Positions 58,298 to 64,000 of a stretch of 64,000 bases of DNA are shown here, in pieces. Below the pieces are notes generated by a model. It saw only the letters and a program-made list of their open reading frames with translations, searched no databases and was not told where the DNA came from. Every line of letters begins with the position of its first letter. The first letter of the stretch is position 1. The stretch covers positions 32,001 through 96,000 of the forward strand of contig JBFWLW010000002.1 in the NCBI GenBank assembly GCA_050251945.1, written 5' to 3'. The DNA is from Deferribacterales bacterium (lineage in GTDB: Bacteria > Chrysiogenota > Deferribacteres > Deferribacterales > Geovibrionaceae). Position numbers and translations under genes: made by a program.

Positions 58298-59610
58298 TAC
58301 ATGCCACCTCTGCCTTTGATTCTTCCTTTTTTCAGGAAGCCGTCATAGTTGTTTGTCACCAGAGAAGCCTCAATCTTGGCTATCATATCCATACCGACAC
58401 CGATAACGATCAGAACAGACGTACCTCCGAAATAGAAAGGCACGCTGAAACTGTGGATTATAAACTGCGGCAGGATAGCAACAGCACCGAGGTATATTGC
58501 GCCCACAAAGGTAAGCCTTGAAAGGGTGAAGTCGATAAACTTCGCAGTTTCGGCTCCCGGTCTTTTTCCGGGAATGACGCCGCCGGACTTGTTTATGTTG
58601 TCGGCGATATCATCAGGGTTGAAGATGATGGACGTATAAAAATATGTGAAGAATACGATGAATCCCACTGTCACTATGTAATAAAACACATGGCTGGGTG
58701 AGAACCAATAGCTTATCTTCTGAACCAGCGGATCCTGACTGAAAGTAGCCATGGTGCTGGGGAAGGCAAGTATTGACATCGCGAAGATGATCGGTATAAC
58801 CCCTGCGGGGTTAAGCCTCAGCGGCAGATAGGATGTTGTTGCAGCCGAACTGCCGCTTCCGCCTTTTCTGACATATTGTATGGGTATTCTTCTGTGTGAA
58901 GTTTCCATGAATACTATGGCCGCGGTGACAAGGAAAATGAGTGCCAGCACAAAAATAAGTATGATGAGCTGGAGTTCGCCCGATTTAAGCAGGGTGACCG
59001 AGCGGCTTACCGCAGAGGGGAAACCGGCGATGATACCTGCAAAGATCAGAACGGACATACCGTTACCGAGACCTTTTTCAGTAATCTTCTCTCCCAGCCA
59101 CATAAGGAATATCGTACCGGTTGTCAGCGTGAGAGCGGTGAGCAGTCTGAAACCCATTCCGGGGAACATGACCACAGGCGCTCCGCCGGGGGATGTCATC
59201 CCCTCAAGACCGATGGCGATACCGAGACCCTGTATCATACTGATGATAACGGTTCCATACCTAGTGTATCTGGTTATCTTGTCCCTTCCCTCCTGACCTC
59301 TTTTTTTGAGTTCAGCAAGGTGAGGTACCGCAACCGTCATAAGCTCAAGTATGATTGATGCGGAGATATACGGCATTACACCGAGACCGAAGACTGTCAG
59401 CTTTGACAGCGCCCCGCCCGTGAACATGTCGAAGAAACCGAGAAGGTTTCCGGACTGCTGGGCAAAGAACTGGCTGAGAGCTTCGCCGTCGATGCCGGGT
59501 GTGGGAACGTGTGCTCCCACCCGATATACAAACAGGAAGAAGAGGGTCCAAAGGATCCTCTTCCTGAGTTCTGCTATTGAGAAGATTTCTTCTAATTTTC
59601 TAAACATCAA
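58297..59610 (-). CDS. secY: Preprotein translocase SecY
   Basis: LGVMPYISASII, WLGEKIT..GNG, AGVIPIIFA, IPGKRPG, FGGTS. Confidence 0.98.
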   Translation of the reverse strand: MMFRKLEEIFSIAELRKRILWTLFFLFVYRVGAHVPTPGIDGEALSQFFAQQSGNLLGFFDMFTGGALSKLTVFGLGVMPYISASIILELMTVAVPHLAELKKRGQEGRDKITRYTRYGTVIISMIQGLGIAIGLEGMTSPGGAPVVMFPGMGFRLLTALTLTTGTIFLMWLGEKITEKGLGNGMSVLIFAGIIAGFPSAVSRSVTLLKSGELQLIILIFVLALIFLVTAAIVFMETSHRRIPIQYVRKGGSGSSAATTSYLPLRLNPAGVIPIIFAMSILAFPSTMATFSQDPLVQKISYWFSPSHVFYYIVTVGFIVFFTYFYTSIIFNPDDIADNINKSGGVIPGKRPGAETAKFIDFTLSRLTFVGAIYLGAVAILPQFIIHSFSVPFYFGGTSVLIVIGVGMDMIAKIEASLVTNNYDGFLKKGRIKGRGGM

Positions 59611-60060
59611 TTACCCCAGAACAACGACTTCGCAGCCTGCTTTTTCTGCTTTCTCTTTTGCAGAGCCGGAGATTTTGTCAACCTCGAATTTCAGCTTTTT
59701 GCTGATTTCGCCGTCGCCAAGAACTTTAACTCCGTCCTTATTGCCTTTCACAAGACCTTTCTCTTTAAGAGTGATAGAAGAAACTACCTCTCCTTCAGAG
59801 AATGCGTTGTTGATGGCTTCAAGGTTTACAGTTTCAAAAACAGTTGCAAACTTAGCGTTGTTGAAACCTCTCTTAGGAAGTCTTCTGTTAAGAGGCATCT
59901 GACCGCCTTCAAATCCGGGTCTGATCTTTCCGCCGCTTCTGGCTTTCTGACCTTTTGTACCCTTGCCGGCAGTAGTACCGTGTCCGCTACCGCTGCCTCT
60001 TCCGAGTCTCTTTCTGTCTTTATTGGCACCGGGAGCCGGTCTCAGATCATGAAGTTCCAT
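59611..60060 (-). CDS. rplO: 50S ribosomal protein L15
   Basis: GRGSGSG, GFEGGQMPL.RRLPKRGF. Confidence 0.97.
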   Translation of the reverse strand: MELHDLRPAPGANKDRKRLGRGSGSGHGTTAGKGTKGQKARSGGKIRPGFEGGQMPLNRRLPKRGFNNAKFATVFETVNLEAINNAFSEGEVVSSITLKEKGLVKGNKDGVKVLGDGEISKKLKFEVDKISGSAKEKAEKAGCEVVVLG

Positions 60061-60072
60061 CTTTGTATCCTC

Positions 60073-60576
60073 TTACTTAATGATTTCCTGAATGGTTTTG
60101 CCTCTCATTTCGGCAACCTTGTCCAGGGTTCTTATGTTCTTAAAACCGTCCATAACTGCATAAAGCGAGTTGTAGGGGTTTCTGCTTCTGGTTGATTTGC
60201 AGAGGATGTTCTGAACGCCTGCCAGCTCGAAAAGTGAGCGGGTCACACCACCGGAGATGATACCCGTACCGGCTGCGGCGGGTCTCATAACGATTTCGCT
60301 TGAAACGAAACGTCCGATGACATCGTGGGGGATGGTTCCGTTAACAACGGGAACCTCCACCATACTCTTTTTAGCGTTCTCAAGCGCTTTTTTAATAGCG
60401 TCCGGAACTTCTCTTGCTTTGCCGTGACCTATGCCGACTTTGCCGTTCATGTCACCCACAACAACAAGAGCAGTGAACTTGAATATACGACCGCCTTTAA
60501 CGACTTTCGTAACTCTGCCTATATTAACCACTTTATCTACAAGTTGGTTTTCGCCGTTTACGTTAGCATTGCTCAT
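60073..60576 (-). CDS. rpsE: 30S ribosomal protein S5
   Basis: RVTKVVKGGR, GKAREVPDAI. Confidence 0.97.
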   Translation of the reverse strand: MSNANVNGENQLVDKVVNIGRVTKVVKGGRIFKFTALVVVGDMNGKVGIGHGKAREVPDAIKKALENAKKSMVEVPVVNGTIPHDVIGRFVSSEIVMRPAAAGTGIISGGVTRSLFELAGVQNILCKSTRSRNPYNSLYAVMDGFKNIRTLDKVAEMRGKTIQEIIK

Positions 60577-60587
60577 AGGTTACCTCC

Positions 60588-60953
60588 TTAGAACTCAAGT
60601 CCGGCTTCGCGGGCGCCTTCAGCAAGCGCCTTGATCCTGCCGTGATAAAGGAAACCGCCTCTGTCAAAGACAACTTTGCTGATTCCTTTTTCGGAAGCTC
60701 TTTTAGCAACCTCTGCGCCGATAGCTTTTGCAACAGTAAGGTTTACACGTCCTTTAAACTGCTCTTTAAGCTCCTTTTCAAGGGAGCTTGCAGCAACTAT
60801 CGTTGTACCTTTATTGTCGTCTATAACCTGAGCATAGATGTATTTGTTGCTTTTGAAAACAGCCAGTCTGGGTCTGATTTCTGAGCCCTGTACCTTTTTT
60901 CTGTTGCGTACATGCCTTCTTGCGCGGGCAGTCGCTCTTGAAAATACAGCCAT
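60588..60953 (-). CDS. rplR: 50S ribosomal protein L18
   Basis: [23 protein letters not shown]. Confidence 0.97.
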   Translation of the reverse strand: MAVFSRATARARRHVRNRKKVQGSEIRPRLAVFKSNKYIYAQVIDDNKGTTIVAASSLEKELKEQFKGRVNLTVAKAIGAEVAKRASEKGISKVVFDRGGFLYHGRIKALAEGAREAGLEF

Positions 60954-60964
60954 TTCAACTCCCC

Positions 60965-61504
60965 TTATTTCTTACCGGTCTTGCCGGCTTTTCTGAGTAT
61001 ATACTCGCCTTCGTATCTGATACCTTTACCTTTGTAAGGTTCGGGTGCTCTCAGCTTGCGGATGTTAGCCGCAACCTGTCCAACGAGCTGTTTGTCGATA
61101 CCCATAACGGCGATCTTGGTTTGGCTCTCCGCCTTAAGCTCGATGCCTGCGGGAGGAGTGAACACGACGGGGTGTGAGAAGCCAAGGGACAGATCAAGGT
61201 CTGATCCCTTTTGCGCTACTCTGTAACCCACGCCGACTATATCAAGCTTTTTCACATAACCCTGTGTAACGCCTGTAACCATGTTGCTTATCAGTGTACG
61301 GGTGAGTCCGTGCACAGCTTTGGAGATCTTAGTCTCGTCTTTTCTGTCCACATTCACAACGTTGCCGTCAACAGCTACAACAGCCTTATAGTGGATTTCC
61401 TGCTCAAGCTTGCCTTTGGGGCCCGCGACGCTGACAGTGTTTCTATCAATAGCAACTGTCACGCCTGAGGGAATATCTATAGGTTTTTTACCAATTCTTG
61501 ACAT
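60965..61504 (-). CDS. rplF: 50S ribosomal protein L6
   Basis: [18 protein letters not shown]. Confidence 0.98.
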   Translation of the reverse strand: MSRIGKKPIDIPSGVTVAIDRNTVSVAGPKGKLEQEIHYKAVVAVDGNVVNVDRKDETKISKAVHGLTRTLISNMVTGVTQGYVKKLDIVGVGYRVAQKGSDLDLSLGFSHPVVFTPPAGIELKAESQTKIAVMGIDKQLVGQVAANIRKLRAPEPYKGKGIRYEGEYILRKAGKTGKK

Positions 61505-61516
61505 TAACGCTCTCCG

Positions 61517-61915
61517 TTACCATATCTGGCAAATGTACTCACCGCCGACTTTTTCAGCGATGCACTGCTTGACGGTCTTGATACCTCTGGAAGTAGAAAC
61601 AACACCGTTTCCAAGTCCGCCAAGTACAGGTTTGAGGTTCTTAGTGTTCACATACACTCTCTGACCGGGTTTAGATACTCTCTTAAGCCCGCGGATAACG
61701 GACTCGCCGCTATCGTTATATTTAAGGTGAATCACTATATTTTTCTTGTTTCCGTCTGTAACCACACGGAAATTCTTAACGTAACCCTCGTCTTTAAACA
61801 GGGTGGCAACTGCCTCTTTCATTTTAGAGTGAGGCATTACAACCTCCTGATGTTTAACCATAAGAGCGTTACGCACTCTTGTAAGCATATCAGCGATAGG
61901 ATCTGTCATTCCCAT
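61517..61915 (-). CDS. rpsH: 30S ribosomal protein S8
   Basis: DPIADMLTR, RVSKPG, STSRG. Confidence 0.98.
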   Translation of the reverse strand: MGMTDPIADMLTRVRNALMVKHQEVVMPHSKMKEAVATLFKDEGYVKNFRVVTDGNKKNIVIHLKYNDSGESVIRGLKRVSKPGQRVYVNTKNLKPVLGGLGNGVVSTSRGIKTVKQCIAEKVGGEYICQIW

Positions 61916-61933
61916 GACTTTAGTCTCCTTATA

Positions 61934-62119
61934 TTACCAGCTGGACTTTCTTACGCCGGGGATTTCTCCCTCAGCCGCGAACTTCCTGAAGCAAAGTCTG
62001 CACATGTTGAACCTACGCATAAAAGAACGAGGTCTTCCGCAGATGGGGCAGCGGTTATATTCCTGTACTTTGAATTTCTTCTTCTGAAATCCGCTGTTGT
62101 ATTTAGCCTTTGTAGCCAC
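61934..62119 (-). CDS. rpsN: 30S ribosomal protein S14, short Zn-binding type
   Basis: [22 protein letters not shown]. Confidence 0.97.
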   Translation of the reverse strand: MATKAKYNSGFQKKKFKVQEYNRCPICGRPRSFMRRFNMCRLCFRKFAAEGEIPGVRKSSW

Positions 62120-62668
62120 TTACGCCTCCGGGTTTTCAAAAGGCATACCGAGCTCTCTAAGAAGCTCTCTTGCCTCTGCATCTGTTTTAGCTGTTGTTGT
62201 GACGATGATGTCAAATCCTCTGATCTTGTCGATCTTGTCATAATCGATCTCAGGGAAGACGATCTGCTCTTTCAGACCCATGGCAAAGTTGCCTCTGCCG
62301 TCGAAAGATTTGGGGTTAACCCCGGAAAAGTCTCTAACCCTTGCAAGAGCGATTCTTGTCAGCCTAAACAGGAAGCCGTATGCAGCGTCGCCTCTGAGAG
62401 TGACTTTACAGCCGATGGGCATCCCCTCTCTCAGTTTGAAGCTGGCGATAGACTTTTTAGCCTTGGTGACGACCGGCTTTTGTCCCGCGATGAGAGTCAT
62501 ATCTCTGACAGCGCTTTCAACGGCTTTGGAGTTCTGAACTGCCTCGCCTACGCCCATGTTAAGAGTGACTTTCTCAACTTTCGGAACCTGCATGACGTTC
62601 TTGTAACCGAACTTCTGAATGAGTTTCGGCACAACCTCTTCTTTATAGATTCTTTTAAGTTCCGCCAT
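62120..62668 (-). CDS. rplE: 50S ribosomal protein L5
   Basis: [25 protein letters not shown]. Confidence 0.98.
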   Translation of the reverse strand: MAELKRIYKEEVVPKLIQKFGYKNVMQVPKVEKVTLNMGVGEAVQNSKAVESAVRDMTLIAGQKPVVTKAKKSIASFKLREGMPIGCKVTLRGDAAYGFLFRLTRIALARVRDFSGVNPKSFDGRGNFAMGLKEQIVFPEIDYDKIDKIRGFDIIVTTTAKTDAEARELLRELGMPFENPEA

Positions 62669-62684
62669 TTCTTTTTAGTCTCCG

Positions 62685-63011
62685 TTACTTATCGATTATC
62701 TCGCCACAGGCTCTGCAAAATCTGACTTTTTTGCCTGATTCGAGAACCTTAATTCCAAGCTTTACGCCTTTACTGCATTTTTCGCAGTAGTACATAATGT
62801 TGGATACCGCCAGAGGCATTGTTTTATCAACTATGCCGCCGTCCGGGTTGAACTGGTTAGGCTTTACGTGTTTCTTGGAGACGTTAACGCCTTCGCAAAA
62901 CACTTTTCCGCTATCCCTGTCCATTTTAACGACCTTTGTTTTCTGTCCTTTATCCTTACCGGTGGTAACGATAATCGGGTCGTCTTTCTTAATTTTCAGT
63001 TTAACACTCAT
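62685..63011 (-). CDS. rplX: 50S ribosomal protein L24
   Basis: IKKDD..GKDKG, EGVN..KKHVKP. Confidence 0.96.
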   Translation of the reverse strand: MSVKLKIKKDDPIIVTTGKDKGQKTKVVKMDRDSGKVFCEGVNVSKKHVKPNQFNPDGGIVDKTMPLAVSNIMYYCEKCSKGVKLGIKVLESGKKVRFCRACGEIIDK

Positions 63012-63023
63012 TGACAAACCCTC

Positions 63024-63395
63024 TTAGAGTACTTCGGGAGCCATTGAAACTATTTTCAGATAGCCCTTTCCGCGCAGCTCTCTGGCAACGGGTCCGAAAA
63101 CCCTTGTTGCTATAGGTTCAAGATTGGTTTTACCCAGAAGCACACACGCGTTGTCGTCAAACTTGATGTATGTGCCGTCGGGGCGGCGCTGTTCTTTCGC
63201 TGTGCGAACGATAACGGCTTTCACGACAGAACCTTTTTTGATGTTGCTGTCGGGAGCTGCCGCTTTAACGGTACACACGATGATGTCGCCTATTCTTCCG
63301 TAGCGGATTTTTGATCCGCCGAGGACTTTGATGCAAAGCACTTCCTTAGCTCCGGAGTTGTCAGCAACTCTGAGTCTGGATTCTACCTGTATCAT
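63024..63395 (-). CDS. rplN: 50S ribosomal protein L14
   Basis: [21 protein letters not shown]. Confidence 0.98.
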   Translation of the reverse strand: MIQVESRLRVADNSGAKEVLCIKVLGGSKIRYGRIGDIIVCTVKAAAPDSNIKKGSVVKAVIVRTAKEQRRPDGTYIKFDDNACVLLGKTNLEPIATRVFGPVARELRGKGYLKIVSMAPEVL

Positions 63396-63401
63396 GTTAT
63401 A

Positions 63402-63677
63402 TTACTCCTCGCTTGCGGCTTCGATAGAGTGCTGCAGAACCTTAGACACTCTCCAGCGTTTGTCTTTGCTGATCGGTCTTGTTTCTACGATTTCCACAGT
63501 ATCGCCAACTTTGCATTCATTGTTCTCATCATGAGCTTTGAAACTTTTCGTGCTCTTGATGAACTTCTGGTAGCGGGGGTGGAGTTTCAGGCTTTGGACT
63601 TTAACAACGACTGTTTTGTCCATCTTGTCGCTGACTACCACTCCTTTCCTTACTTTTCTAGCGTTTCTGGCTTCCAT
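63402..63677 (-). CDS. rpsQ: 30S ribosomal protein S17
   Basis: [28 protein letters not shown]. Confidence 0.98.
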   Translation of the reverse strand: MEARNARKVRKGVVVSDKMDKTVVVKVQSLKLHPRYQKFIKSTKSFKAHDENNECKVGDTVEIVETRPISKDKRWRVSKVLQHSIEAASEE

Positions 63678-63874
63678 TATTTGCCCTCAGTGCTTTTCTC
63701 GTTCAGGATGGTCTGAATACGAGCTATGTCTTTTTTAGCCTTTCTGATAAGTGAGGAATCCTCAATATCGCCTGTTGCCAGTTTAAACTTCATTCTGAAG
63801 ATGTTTTCGCTGAGTTCAAGCTCTTTGGCTTTCAGCTCGACGGCGCTCATTTCTCTCAGTTCTGTTGTCTTCAT
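63677..63874 (-). CDS. rpmC: 50S ribosomal protein L29
   Basis: [15 protein letters not shown]; operon position. Confidence 0.95.
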   Translation of the reverse strand: MKTTELREMSAVELKAKELELSENIFRMKFKLATGDIEDSSLIRKAKKDIARIQTILNEKSTEGK

Positions 63875-64000
63875 TGTGCCGCCTCCACTGTCTCACGTCT
63901 GACAAATTTAGTCTTAACGGGCAGTTTGTGTGAAGCTCTTCTGAACGCCTCTTTTGCCTGTTCTTCTGTAACGCCGCCCACTTCATAAAGTATTGTGCCC
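63871..64000 (-). CDS. rplP: 50S ribosomal protein L16, C-terminal part (truncated by window)
   Basis: Hand translation ..[42 protein letters not shown]. Confidence 0.93.
   Translation of the reverse strand, partial: GTILYEVGGVTEEQAKEAFRRASHKLPVKTKFVRRETVEAAQ

Noticed and set aside
61727..62725. 332-aa plus-strand ORF (and 55388-56089)
   Set aside because: Antisense to ribosomal protein genes

Overview
Bacterial chromosomal window; gene content, histidine-kinase style and r-protein order are reminiscent of an anaerobic diazotroph of the Deferribacterota type, but that taxonomy is inference only. Left to right: (1) 1-5.8 kb, a 2-aminoethylphosphonate-type ABC transporter operon ending in one open frame that fuses phosphonatase PhnX to the PLP enzyme PbfA (runs off the window, so absent from the ORF track), preceded by a Pho-box-like phased array. 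(2) 6-33 kb, a split Mo-nitrogenase system (nifV<->nifB+TOBE; nifHDK-T-E-N-X-DUF269; macrodomain-draG<->draT; nifZ-ferredoxin<->nifA) with five sigma54 -24/-12 promoters, interrupted by typA, two orphan sensor kinases, an EF-hand protein with a BaeSR-like pair and a His-rich MarR/ferredoxin unit. (3) 33-53 kb, a 3087-aa modular RTX/DUF4347/DUF4214 protein followed by wzm/wzt, glycosyltransferases and a PrtDEF-like type I secretion system. (4) 53.7-64 kb, the spc/alpha ribosomal protein operons, lacking rpmD. Intergenic DNA holds five MITE-like elements that duplicate whole terminator hairpins and carry REP-like cargo, plus two well-formed candidate sRNAs. Best leads: PhnX-PbfA fusion; DraG-coupled DarG-like macrodomain and head-to-head draT/draG; NifA with GAFAGA, a 4-Cys linker and an apparently leaderless sigma54 transcript; an anti-SD sRNA divergent from the BaeSR-like pair; the terminator-duplicating MITEs. 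All calls come from reading sequence motifs by eye; no database searches were run.
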